DNA from: Octopus sinensis
Taxonomy: Eukaryota
Direction of reading: 5' to 3'
Length of the DNA stretch: 44,819 nucleotides
Assembly: GCF_006345805.1 (NCBI RefSeq)
Contig: NW_021835177.1
Span: 1 to 44,819, forward strand
Shown: positions 1 to 12,320 of the stretch, piece after piece
Numbering within the stretch: the stretch's first letter is position 1
Layout: each line of letters begins with the position of its first letter
The notes under the pieces: generated by a model
Database searches by the model: none
The model's input: only the letters and a program-made list of their open reading frames with translations
What the model was told of the DNA's origin: nothing
Program-made: the position numbers and the translations under genes

Positions 1-7
<7 letters not shown>

Positions 8-67
<60 letters not shown>
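8..67. repeat. (TA)n microsatellite
   Basis: Pure TA run; a second run at ~741-772 flanks the same insertion. Confidence 0.95.
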
Positions 68-69
<2 letters not shown>

Positions 70-737
70 ACAATTGAGGGTAAAATTAATTAATTAATCA
101 ATTTCATCAAGTGTTCAGTATGTAAAAGGACCATTTAAGGCGAATTCAAAATATTACATTATAGAATTAGGGCTTAGTAAAATAAATTACTTTGCCACAT
201 ACTGAACTTAGTAGAAATAGCAGCCAAAAAAAAAAAAAAAAAAATTTTCTTAGCATTTCTACTACTTAAAGAAAGTTTCTCTCAGATAATGTTTACTCCA
301 GACAGCTCACGAAGGTTTGGGGGTAAATACAGAAAAATATCACAAGTACATAGATCGTTTGAGTACGTCAACGTTTCAAGATTAGTTTCAACTGTTTAGT
401 TGGAGTGGTTCATCTGAAGCGACAAGTTCGCTGATAGGTAAAGTTCCTTCTTTTTAGTGTTTCCAAATCCAAATTAAGAAATTTTGAGCTGACGAAAGAA
501 ATGCTGATTTTATTTGGCTAATCTTGAAACGTTGACGTACTCAAACGATCTATGTACTTGTGATATTTTTCTGTATTTACCCCCAAACCTTCGTGAGCTG
601 TCTGGAGTAAACATTATCTGAGAGAAACTTTCTTTAAGTAGTAGAAATGCTAAGAAAATTTTTTTTTTTGGCTGCTATTTCTACTAAGTTCAGTATGTGG
701 CAAAGTAATTTATTTTACTAAGCCCTAATTATATAAT

Positions 738-740
<3 letters not shown>
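68..740. mobile_element. Foldback element in (TA)n carrying a hammerhead ribozyme; probably non-autonomous and Penelope-derived
   Basis: Near-perfect inverted arms 156-385 / 518-739 (differ by one substitution and A19 vs T11), 132-bp spacer, (TA)n on both sides. Penelope link inferred from the HHR plus inverted-truncation architecture. Confidence 0.7.
483..545 (+). ncRNA. Type I hammerhead ribozyme (GUA cleavage after 539)
   Basis: Stem I TTTGAG 483-488 / CTCAAA 540-545; core CTGACGA 489-495; stem II AAGA...TCTT 496-525; GAAA 526-529; stem III ACG(T)/(A)CGT; H = A539. Confidence 0.85.
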
Positions 741-787
<47 letters not shown>

Positions 788-848
788 ATGTGTGTGTGTG
801 GAGAAATATGTGTGTATAAATATGTGTGTGTGTGTGTGTGTGTGTGTA

Positions 849-1525
849 CTAGCAGACGTACCCGGTATTGCTGGGGATTAAAATGGCAAAGTTGGTATAT
901 AATATATTCCAGTCATTTTGAAACAGGTGATATTGGAAAGTGTAACATTGACAACAAAACATTTGTAGAGTAAATGCTGGGCTAATTCGACTAAGCAACA
1001 TGCTATGCGTCCGTTTGGAGTGTTTCAGGCCCTAACCTGTCATGCAAAATTAGAGGTGGGGTTTGTGTGATTTTTGAACGCACCGTAAAGCTGTCAGTGG
1101 ATATACTCACCTTTGCAGCAGTATGCGCTGTATCTAACACGGCCCATCATCGTAAATTTTGACACCTCACGTCGGGTTTGATGTCCTATATCACTCATAG
1201 TGCAAATTTGGAGTAACTGTGGTTGTTCATTCGCGGGTACCAGGGAACCATTGAGGGGATAGAGTTGCCATTGAACTTTGACGTCGGCGTAAATTCATGT
1301 TTATCTATCTTCTTAGATTCACCAAACGATGTCATTTGAAATTCAGTGTTGTATTGTCTGATATTGTTCAGAAAATCGTTTGACGGGATGGAAGCGCCTT
1401 CTAGAAGATTCCTAAGGGGTTGAAATGGTATTGCTTGCAATGATACCTGACCGAATATGTTGTCATCTATTGCATTGTTTTAAGTTCTAAACGATAATAA
1501 ATATCCTGAAGTTCTATTTATATGA
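849..1525 (-). mobile_element. Helitron internal-deletion remnant (copy X)
   Basis: Minus strand starts A|TC (1525) and ends CTAG|T (852-849) with a subterminal CCC...GGG hairpin. ORF 1195-1440 has FLNNIRQYNTEFQMTSFG, typical of the Helitron Rep/helicase N-terminal region. Confidence 0.75.
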
Positions 1526-1545
1526 TGCTATTTCTGTTTTCACAG

Positions 1546-1597
1546 AACCGTTTCATCTCCAAGAAATCTCTCGACGATAAACCTGATGATACGCCAA
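1546..1597 (+). CDS. Exon 2 (stalk, NRFISKKSLDDKPDDTP) of array gene X
   Basis: tttctgttttcacag acceptor, gtaaga donor, 52 nt, phase 0 to 1; homologous exons at 10258, 25073 and 44584. Confidence 0.7.
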
Positions 1598-1829
1598 GTA
1601 AGAACTAATTTTATAGATAAAGAATTTTACCCGTGTTTCCTTAACTAATGATTTAAAACTTCACCAACTTTGAATTAGTTCCACATTACTATCCATATTT
1701 CCACAATAATATATACTAAGACACTTGCCTGAATTTATTTCAAAATATGTTCTATTTACAATAATTTCCTAAATAAAACGTTACTCTAATATACTAGCCA
1801 TTTATTGTGTGTATATGAGTAAATATGCA

Positions 1830-3780
1830 GTGCTACGTCGAGAATTGTTTCGGCCCGCACGGTTCATCCGAGTGTGCACTTCACCGAGTGTCCGAGGCGG
1901 CCGGTATGTTCACAGTGAACAAATTAGAGTGCTCAGAGCGAGCCCCGCCGGCTTGCATACGAAAAGCATGGAATGCCCTCTCCATCTGATAATCAAATGC
2001 CCGAGCTGGCGCTTCACTGCGTTTATATCTACAATTCAGCATTCTGTTCACACTTGTGCTCCAATCGTTCGTGAATAGAGACCCGAAATAATGATCTTCC
2101 ATTTTCCTACAGAGTGCATATTTGTCAGTCATGCCTTGGGGTACTCGTCAGCCAACCAATTCAGTGCACGTTGTTGGTGACCATCAGACGAATCAGGTAG
2201 CAGCATGTCGTCTACAAATAACAGTCGACCGATCACGCAGAGATGAATTGGGATACCTCTACCACAATGGCTGCGCATATTCAACCAGATCACAAAAAGA
2301 ATGTGAGAAGGGGCACTAACAATGCACACTTCAACTAAGTGAAACCTTCACGTTGAAAACTTTCGACTTTTACATAAATACAAACATTTGAACATCCATA
2401 TAAGTTCTTTATGGCAAACAGTATTTGCACATTAAACTCACCTTCATGGTAAATCACCCACAACATGCCCCAGGGCACGTGATCGTATGCCTTTTCGTGG
2501 TTTACAGTGTATTCCTCTTGGAAATGCTTCAACGTTTTCTGGAAGATCTATCTTTGAACGACTCTCTGGTCGGGTGTACTGCAACCAGGACAGTAATCTT
2601 GGGCGCGACAATTTCCCCACTTATCGTTTCCTGACATCTAGAATAGACTTTTCGATAATTAGAACACAATCTTTGGTCTCTGTTTGAAAAAAATTGTGAT
2701 TGTCACCCCATATTACCATTGCCTTGGTGTTTTTCCCAGGGTTCCCATCCACCTAGCATACATGGGTCACTCAGAGAATACCATCTGTATTTAAGGTTTC
2801 TAAAATATCAAGCCGAACGTGCTTTTCACCAGCAGCTTTATCACTTTTAAGTGAGTTTAGCTCAAATAAGCGTTCAACCGAAGAAGAACCTGCCGAATAA
2901 AATAATACAATCACGAATCGATTTCGATGTCCAACTTCATTCAGGCGGGTCACTCTCAATTTGGATGCAAAAGTCTCCACAATTTTGTTTCTGATCCCAG
3001 CATCCACTGCGGCTGCCAACTGTATTCTGTAAGTCGAGCTGGACTTACCAATTTCTAGTGTTCGGCACTAGAACATTTAGGTAGTGACGAGTTGATAACT
3101 CCACCCGTCCTCTTACACAAACGTTCAGCAAAGAGTGGAAGATGACCGAACTCTATCAGAAACCTCTGTCACCAAGTATTTCTATTCCAGGTACCCTTAT
3201 AAATATCCCTGTCTTAAAATAATATCCATACCATAGAGTGGAGAGTGTGTATCCTGCACAGAAGGCTGCTATGATCTCTCCATTAAGTTCACTGACGACA
3301 TTCCTTTCAATCAATCCTTCTCACGGTTATCAGTGCCAAGGTGTGCACTGAAGTCTCCTTGCAGGACAAATGACTTTACCCCAAATATATCTAAAGCTGA
3401 GGTGAATTTGCTTAGGAAGGATTTGTATTTGACCTCGGTGTTTGCTGCATATACTTACAGCAGCCACAGTGGTCCTTCATATTCAGCCTTAGCTTCAAGA
3501 GGTGAACCCACACACCTAGGAGGTTTCACTCCATAATACAATCCGAAAGCTGGGGATTTAGGGTATTCTTATCCCACCTGTGCAGACATTGTTGGCACCA
3601 CAGTTGCGTAGTGGAGTTTCAAGCCTATATCCAGGTGTACGCTATCGGAGAAACGAAATTTTGTAGAGGAGACACCGATTATATCTTACAGGCAGATTAT
3701 ATCTAACAATTTTGACGTTTTAATTCTCAATTATTAAAGGTTCCCTTCTTGATCTGCTTTGTTGTCCTGAGACCGTCAAT
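1830..3780 (-). mobile_element. Degraded RTE-clade LINE (APE endonuclease + RT) in intron 2 of X
   Basis: Fragmented frames: IGVSSTK and LQGDFSAHLGTD (EN), LKSDKAAGE, EKAYDHVP, RLLFVDDMLL (RT). Many stops and frameshifts. Confidence 0.8.
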
Positions 3781-3791
3781 ATTGTGCTCCC

Positions 3792-3807
3792 ATCAAAAAC
3801 GGTAAGT
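3792..3807 (+). pseudogene. 10-nt remnant of exon 1 plus intact 5' splice donor of gene A at a rearrangement junction
   Basis: ATCAAAAACG|gtaagtcatggattttgtg matches the exon 1/intron 1 boundary at 32484-32512; sequence to the left matches intron 2 (~26790-26821). Confidence 0.8.
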
Positions 3808-3859
3808 CATGGATTTTGTGTTAACATATGTATGTCTGTATGCATGTATTTATTTAGGT

Positions 3860-4015
3860 ATGTATGTGTGCGTGTGTGTAAATATGTGTGTATGTATTAT
3901 GTATGTGTGCGTGTGTGTAAATATGTGTGTATGTATTATGTATGTGTGCGTGTGTGTAAATATGTGTGTATGTATTATGTATGTGTACGTGTGTGTAAAT
4001 ATGTGTGTGTGTATG
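3860..4015. repeat. 39-bp minisatellite, ~4 copies
   Basis: TAAATATG recurs at 3879, 3918, 3957 and 3996. Confidence 0.85.
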
Positions 4016-4019
4016 GATT

Positions 4020-4114
4020 GATAGATTTGCGGATAGACAGACAGAGAGACAGATAGATAGATAGGTAGGTAGATAGACAGACAGATAGATAGATAGGTAG
4101 GTAGATAGACAGAC

Positions 4115-4170
<56 letters not shown>

Positions 4171-4237
4171 TACATAGAAGGATAGATATATATAGATAGA
4201 TAGATAGACAGACAGCAGACAGATAGATAGATAGATA
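4020..4237. repeat. (GATA)n/(GACA)n array, left part
   Basis: Direct reading. Confidence 0.95.
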
Positions 4238-7058
4238 AGTTTCTTTATTGGCCACACAGGGATGCACACAGATGGGACAAGTTACAAGGTAGAGCTTTTC
4301 TTTTGGGGGATGAAGAGAACAAAAAACAAAAGAAAAAAAAATGGGGGTGGCGTAGGTTTTCGATCAAGAGGGATCGTAAAAGAGGAAAAAAAAGAACGAT
4401 CAATAGGGATCGTGTATCACAGTGTTATGATACATGGTGTAAAGAGGAAAGCAAGTAAGGTTTATCCGTGGGAAGAAAAGCCTACGAAAAAGACCACGGT
4501 AACCTTGGTCAATATTGTTATATGTTACCACATTTGTTTGCAAGTGGGTAACCCTCTGTTTTCAATTTCTGGGTTCATAGGATTATGCTCAAGGTGGCTT
4601 CGTCATTCATACGTGCCATCCTTGCTACATTCACCCATCTTTTTTTAAAACATTCGCTAGACAAAACTTGCCTCTCTACTCTCACTTTCCTTTTCAAGTG
4701 GTACTTGAAGAAGTTGATGGGAGATTGACCAGAGAGGAGAGTGTTTGTCTCCAATCCTTTCAGACGCGTCCACCAGATACATTCTTTCGCCATAGCCACA
4801 AGGATGATGAAAATAGCTCTTCCTTCCCGTTTGAAGGAAGGAGGCGTGACAATATTGACGATAGACTCAGCTGATAAACCGACACGTCCCACACGTGACA
4901 GCAGCTGTTCGACATAAGCCCACAGGTCGGAAATTGTTGGACACTGCACGGGTGCGTGCAGAACGGTTTCGTCGCTCTGACCGCATCTCGGGCAGGTCGG
5001 CCCCGTGTTTCTCGAGCCGTGTCTGTAGAGCTTATCCCGAACGGGTAGCGCTTCTCGGTCGCACTGCCAGGCCAGGGATCTCTGGAAGTTGTCCATGGGC
5101 CCTGGCCCGAAAATCGTCCTAAACAGGCGGGTCAGAGATTCCTCGTCGACGCCCAGGTTTGCCCCGAGATCGTCGTCGTACCTCCCCTCCACTAATCCCC
5201 TATAGAATTCTTTGGTTGTGTTGGAGTCACTCAAGGTCGACCCGGGACGGCAGAGTTGCTTGAGAGCAACGCGACACTCGCGGTGCCATTCGCCCTTCCT
5301 CGGCCTCTTTTTGATCCACGACTGCAGTTCGGTCATGGAGACGAGCTGCGGGAAAGCGTGCCTCACAAACGGCGACCACACCTGTTCACCGTCGTCTACA
5401 TAGAGCCAGAGATGTCGCAGTCTCGGCGCGTGTCTGCGCATCATCAACCACGGCATACCCAGCCCTCCTTTTAGCGGGTGTTGACAGCAAATGGATCGCC
5501 TGACCATCGGGACGCATCCTTTCCACAAGAAGCGAAAGAGAATGCGTTGTAGTTTGGTGATGGTAGGGTCGGGACAAGGTACGACGGATAGGCGGTAGTA
5601 GATGACGGACGCGATGTACGTGTTCGCCACCTCCGCCCGACCTTTTAGGGACAGTTTCTTCTCGGCCCATTGCCGGGCGAGAGTGACCACCCTACTCGTT
5701 ATCTCGTTCCAGTTCTTCTCCACTTGGAGGTCCGGACCAAACTAGACCCCGAGCAACTCAACCGGGCCGTCGGTCCAGCGTCCCACGACGGAGGCGCTGG
5801 TGGACGGCATGGGCTTGCTTCTCCAGGTGCCTAGTCGCAAGCCCACTGACTTTTCCCGGTTGATTTTCGCTCCTGTCACCGCTTCGTAGTTTTTCAGTGT
5901 CTCGCCGACCAGCTCGATGTGCTCGTGGCTAGACACTATGACGGTGACGTCGTCCGCGTATGCAGACACGCTCGTCCCGCATCCCAGTTCTCGCGGGATG
6001 CCCCTCAAAGTTGCCAGCTTCCGCAATAATTGCTCGAGAGTCAATACGTATAGAAGCGACGAGAGGGGGCATCCCTGACGGACCGAACGTGCGATGTCGA
6101 AGGGTCTCGATAGATGTCCATTCACGCGAAATACCGAACGGATACCTCTGTACAAAGCGGCTATCCAGCCGCGGAAGACGGGACCGAAGCCTGCCGCTCT
6201 GAGGACCGCCTCCAAGTATCGATGGTCTACCCTATCGAAAGCTTTCGATTGATCAAGATTGATCAGCGCCCCACCCATGCCAGGTTCGTTAACTACCCTG
6301 TCTATGATGTAGCGCATCAGGTGGAGGTTGTCATGGATGGTCCGGCCCGGCACGGCGCATGTTTGCGCCCTGTCGACCAGTTTCTCGATGACAAGCGCCA
6401 ACCTCTTGGCTAGCACCTTGGCCAAAATTTTCAAGTCTGCATTAAGTAGAGTGATGGGCCTAAAGTTATCTATTACATTTCCCTTGTTTAGATCTTTCTT
6501 CAGCAGTGTTACAGCTCCTCGGCTCACAAAACCAGGAATGCTCCCGTTTTGCTGCCAGTTGCAGTACACCGCCGCCAAGAGATCTCCAAACAAGTCTGGC
6601 ATACAATTGTAAAGCTTGTAGGGTAGACCATCCAAACCCGGTGATTTGTCCCTCGAGCATTCTGCCATCGCCTCCTGCACTTCCGCCGCCGTACCTTCGC
6701 AGCACCCTGCCTTTCTTGTCGAGAGTCGTGGTAGGCTATGTAGGTGGGCACTGAAGTCCACTCTACGTTCTTGCCCTCCACTCGTCCCGAACAGTCGGGC
6801 AAAATGCTGCTGAAAGGCCTCACACATTTTACTTGGCTCAAGCAATTCGTGCCCCTGTTCATCTACCAGGGACCGAATGGTGGCTTTGCTGCCCTGTTGC
6901 GCCTCTGCCACCCGGGCCTCTCTCGCGGCTCCAACACCTTCGTTCCTTAGAGCACGCATCCTAGCTCTGACAGCACATCTTCGTGCTTGGCGTTGAAGTG
7001 TTGGTCGAGGGCCAACCTCGCCGCCAAAACGTCGGATGCGATGCCGCTTCTAATTGCC
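4238..7058 (-). mobile_element. 5'-truncated Tx1/L1-clade LINE, copy 1 (ORF2 RT + C-terminal zinc finger, 3' UTR)
   Basis: ORFs 5742-6959 (KSPGLDG, RPITLLNADLKILAK, LDQSKAFDRVD, RQGCPLS, AYADD) and 4575-5723 (CPRC...ETVLHAPVQC) are separated by one TAG (W to stop). One frameshift at ~6980. AATAAA then directly (TATC)n. No EN domain or ORF1. Confidence 0.92.
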
Positions 7059-7120
<62 letters not shown>

Positions 7121-7201
7121 GGATAGATTAGATAGATGGATAGATAGATAGATAGATAGATATAGAGATAGATACATAGATAGATAGATATGTAGAGGAG
7201 G

Positions 7202-7233
<32 letters not shown>

Positions 7234-7286
7234 GAGATAGAGAGATAGACAGACATACAGACAGACAGACAGACAGACAGATAGAT

Positions 7287-7329
<43 letters not shown>

Positions 7330-7391
7330 CAGACATACAGACAGACAGACAGACAGACAGACAGATAGATAGATATATAGATAGATAGATA
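7059..7391. repeat. (GATA)n array between the two Tx1 copies
   Basis: Direct reading. Confidence 0.95.
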
Positions 7392-8594
7392 TGTTTCTTT
7401 ATTAGCCACACAGGGCTGCACACAGACAGAAAAATTACAAGGTAGAGCATTTCTTTTGGGGCTAAAAAAAATGGGGGTTGGTTTTCGATCAAAAGGGATC
7501 GTAAAAAGAAAGAAAGAGGACAAAAAAGGGAGGATTTTTAAAACAGGGGGGAGAGGGATTAAAAAAAGAAAAGGGGAGGAAAAAAAGTTGATCAATAGGG
7601 ATCGTAATCACAGAAATGTCAATATGAAGTGTAAAGGGGAGGACAGGTGAGGTTTACCCGTGGAAAGAAAAGCCTACGGAAAAGACCACGGTAACCTCGG
7701 TCAATGAAGTCACATGTTATATTTCTTTCTTTTATTTTTTTTTTTGCAAATAAGCAACTCTCTGTATTAATTTTTACGGTTCATAGAATCATAGTCAAGG
7801 TGGCTTCGTCATTCATACGTGCCATCCTTGCTACATTCACCCATCTTTTTTTAAAACATTCACTAGACAAAACTTGCTTCCCTACTCTCACTTTCCTCTT
7901 CAAGTGATACTTGAAGAAGTTGATGAGAGTGACCAGAGAGGAAAGTGTTTGTCTCTAATCCTTTCAGACGCGTCCACCAGATACATTCTTTCGCCATAGC
8001 CACAAGGATGATGAAAATAGCTCTTCCTTCCCGTTTGAAGGAAGGAGGCGTGTCGATATTAACGATAGACTCGGCTGATAAACCGACACGTCCCACACGT
8101 GACAGCAGTCGTTCGACATAAGCCCACAGCTCGGAAATTGCTGGACACTGCACGATTGCGTGCAGAGCGGTTTCGTCGCTCTGCCCGCATCTGGGCAGGT
8201 CGGCCCCGTGTTTCTCGAGCCATGCCTATAGAGCTTATCCCGAACGGGTAGCGCTTCTCGGTAGCACCGCCAGGCCAGGGATCTCTGGAAGTTGTCCGTA
8301 GGTCCCGGGCCGAAAGTCGTTTCAAACAGGCGGGTCAGGTATTCCTCGTCGACGTCCAGGTTTGCCTCGAGATCGTCGTCGTACCTCCCCTCCACTAATC
8401 CCCTATAGAATGCTTTGGTTGTGTTGAAGTCACTCAAGGTCGACCCGGGACGGCAGAGTTGCTTGAGAGCAACGCGACTCTCGCTGTGCCATTCGCCCTT
8501 CCTCGGCCTCTTTTTGATCCACGACTGCAGTTCGGTCATGGAGACGAGTTGCGGGAAAGCGTGCCTCACAAACGGCGACCACACCTGTTCACCG
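7392..8594 (-). mobile_element. 5'-truncated Tx1/L1-clade LINE, copy 2 (ORF2 C-terminus + 3' UTR)
   Basis: Homologous to 4238-5394, same 3' end (AATAAAgaaac then (TATC)n), frameshifted. Confidence 0.9.
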
Positions 8595-8720
<126 letters not shown>

Positions 8721-8740
8721 TAGAAATACCTGTCAATCTA

Positions 8741-9299
8741 TTCGGTTGTCCAGAAATTTATTGCGATATATGGTTGCTTAAATTTCGATTTAGAACATGG
8801 TTGAGTTCATAAAATAGAATTTAACTACACATCCATTTAGAACGCAGTTTAAGCTATCTTTTCGTGTAAGAAGGTTTATGTTCCTATAACCTGTGTTAAT
8901 TTTGTAACACTTGAAAAGGCAAGATAAGAAAGTTCATTTTCGGCACTTGATGCTTTGGGAACCAGACAAAAATTGCTGCAGCTCGGCTGGCATGTGTTAC
9001 TCCATCCCTCCATATTCACCAGATATTGCACCTTCGGATTTCCACTTATTCAGGCCTCTGCAGAATAGTCTTAATGGTAAAAATTTATTCCTTGAATGAC
9101 GTAAAAAGATACCTCGATGAATTCTTTGCCATGAAACCACCTCAATTCTGGAAAGAGGGTATTTTCAAGTTAAAGGAAAGATGGAGAAGCATAGTGCAAC
9201 AAAATGGTTCATATTTGGTTGTTTAAAAATGCAATGGCAAGTATTTATTGGCCCTTTATTTTCCTTTAAAAATCGGCACGAGCTTTCCAGGCAACCCAA
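8741..9299 (+). mobile_element. Mariner (Tc1/mariner) internal-deletion derivative
   Basis: N-terminal KVHFRHLML joined to C-terminal YSPDIAPSDFHLF and GIFKLKERW. Imperfect TIRs ttcggttgtccagaaa / ttgggttgcctggaaa, TA on both sides. Confidence 0.85.
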
Positions 9300-10257
9300 T
9301 ATAAATACATATATATCTATGTATATCTGTATACATATATATGTATATATATATATATACATATATATATTTATATATATATATATTTATATATATATAT
9401 ATACAAACTTATATATATATAAACACGCACACACAAACATATGTATATATATATGTATAAACATTATATATATATATATAAATTTTTATACATTTACATA
9501 TATACATCTACATATACACACTATATTTAAGGAGTGAATAACCAGTTTATATAGCACCCGTGTACAAAATATCTAATCCTCATCCCTTTCGTATGCAGTC
9601 AATTTATAACCTAAATATGTTCCCAAACATTTTTCTTACAAACTTTTGTGATATTCCATTGAACGCCAAAAGATATGTTGACCTTCGAGCTTCAATCCGG
9701 AATATTATTCACCAGTGCTAGAAATGCCCGACTCTTCAGTGATCATGATGGATAACTATACTAAACAATATCAAGGCAATAGAGCTTTGGCATCAATTCA
9801 AACTACTTTTAAATATTGCATCATATTGCCTTGACAGATTCTCCTAATGTCGCAGTGGAAAAGTCCTACAGCGTATTAGGACGCCGTACATGAAAGGTTG
9901 GCGTCGGGCTTTCTTGTACGTCAGCAGAATGCGCAAGTCTACGTTTCTAGTAATCTTCAAACTACCAGCGATTTTAGATAGCAAAATTAGTCTACTCTTG
10001 ACAATGAACAGGGATATTAGCTGTTTATGTAATGTGTATGCTTTGCCATATACAAGCATGAAATAATGAAATACCAGATTCACAGAAAGGCATGCAGTTC
10101 CAGCAAACCTCCAAGATGTAACACGATATAATAGATTTGGTAGAATGGACAATGTCGACGTCACCCACATCTTCATAAAATGCTGTCCGAAAATGTTGTC
10201 ATATATTGCATTCTTTTTTCAGTTCTAAACGATAATAAATACTTTCTTTTTCCACAG

Positions 10258-10291
10258 AAATCTTGCGACGATAAACCTGATGACACCCCAA
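10258..10291 (+). CDS. Exon 2 of gene A (KSCDDKPDDTP), 18 nt shorter than paralogs
   Basis: tttctttttccacag acceptor, gtaaga donor, 34 nt, phase 0 to 1 preserved. Confidence 0.7.
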
Positions 10292-10619
10292 GTAAGAACT
10301 AATTTTATATTGTATAAGACAATAACTTTGAAGAAATGTTCAGGAATGAGATTAAATATTATAAAGTATCCAGCTTCCAGTTCTACAGTGTTTAGCTAAA
10401 GTCATTCACCCGTGTCTCCTTAACGATTTATAATTTCACCAAAGTTGAATTGACTCTACATCACTATCCATATTTCTTCAGTAATATATACTAAGACACT
10501 AGTCTAAATTTTTTAAAATACATTTTTTTTACAATAATTTCCTTAATAAAATTTTACTCTGTTATACTATGACATTAATTGTGTGTATATGAGTGTGTGT
10601 GTGTGTGTGTGTGTGCAGC

Positions 10620-12320
10620 GCTACGTCGATAAGTGTACCAACCATTGTTCGTCTGAGAATCGAATGCCCGACCTAGCGCATCAATGCGTTTATATCTAGA
10701 ATTTAGCAATCTGTTCAGTCTTGTGCTTCCAATCACTCGTGAATAGATTCCCGAAGTAACGATATTCCACTTTCCTGCAGAGTGTGTGTTAGTCATCCCT
10801 GCCTTGGAGCACTCGGCAGCCAACCCATTCAATGCGTGTCGAAGTCGAAAGTGAACTGACATGAGTCAGAGGCACGTCGTCTGCAAATAGCAGTCGACCG
10901 ACCCCATACAGACGAAATGAGATACTTCTTCTAAAATGGCTGAGCCTTGATCAACCAGATCATAAGAAATGTGAAAAGCACTAACAATGCACTCTTCTAT
11001 CGAAGTCCAAACTCCATGTTGAAAACATTCGGCTTTTGCACAAATACAAACATTTTACGAGTATTTTACGAAAAAGTACTTGCCCAATAATTTCACCTTC
11101 CTGGAAACCATCCGCAACATGCCCCACAGCACGTGGTCTACAGCGTATTCCCCTTGGATATATTTCAACATTTTCTCGAAGATCTGCCTTTGAACGAATA
11201 TCTGGTCGGGTGTACTGCGTCCAGGACAGTAATCTTGGGCGCGACCATTTCTCTACGTAATATTTCTAGAATGTAGTGTAGGCTTTGTCTTAAAAAAATC
11301 TGTGGTTATTACCCCGGATTGTCATTGCACTCGTGTTTTCCCTGATGCCCCATTCCACCTAGCATACACGGGTCACTCAAGGAATACCCTGAGTATTTAA
11401 GGGTTTAAAATTATCAAGACGAACGTATTTCTCTCCAGCAGCTTTATCACTTTTCAGTGACTTTAGTTCGACAAAAATATACAATCACTAATCGATTCGA
11501 TGCCCAAGTTTATTCATGTGGGTCTCTCTCAATTTGGATGCAATATTATCCACAATTTTGTTTCTTTCCATCATCCACAACTGCTTTCAACTTTATTCCG
11601 TAGGTCGCCTGGACTTACCAATTTACTAGGTTCTCCCAACTGTAGGCATCTTCCGGTTTCAGACATCTTGGTAGTGGTCAGTTGACAACTCTCCCCACTA
11701 CTTATAGCCCGAACGTCCAGCACAGACTCAAAGAGGACTGAGACGACAACAACATCTATCAAGAATTTCTGTCACTAAGCATTTCTATTCCAAGTACCCT
11801 TATAAACAACCGTCTTAAAACGATATCTATATCATAGAGAGTCCAGAAGACTAGTATGGCCACCACATTAAGGTGTGTGACGCCATTCCACCCAATCAAT
11901 ACTTCTTGCGGTTATCAGCGCCAAAGTGTGCACGGAAGTCTCCTTGTAAGACAAATGACTTTACCCCAAATATATCCAAAGCTGCAGTGACTTTGTTAAG
12001 GAAGCATTTGTATTTGACCTCGCTATTGGGTGCATTTACTTCCAGCAGCTACATCACTCCATTCTGCTTGAGCTTCAGGAGATATCCCTTAATACCTAGT
12101 GGGATTCACTTCATAATCCAATCCGAAAGCCAGGGATTGTGAGCATCCCACTTCCGCCTATGCAGACATAGTTGGCACCACACCTGCACGGTGGAGTTTC
12201 CAACCTACTTCCAAGTGTGCGCCTCCGAAGCAATGAAGCTTTCTTGAGGAGACTGATTATATATAACAGGCAACGTTTTGTCTCGTCCGGTTTTGACAGT
12301 CTAATTCTCAATTATGAACG
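10620..12320 (-). mobile_element. Degraded RTE-clade LINE in intron 2 of gene A (older paralog of 1830-3780)
   Basis: Collinear similarity to 1830-3780; ORF 10575-10862 has LRHALNGLAAECSKAGM. Confidence 0.75.

Noticed and set aside
1582-1590. CTGATGA in exon 2, and other isolated CTGANGA hits (2144-2150 minus strand, 3292)
   Set aside because: No downstream GAAA, stem III or stem I complement.
6947-7595. ORFs of YLSI repeats (also 3850-4269, 21257-21612, 35693-36307)
   Set aside because: (TATC)n translation. Only the last ~35 codons of 6947-7492 are real, being Tx1 ORF2 before a frameshift.
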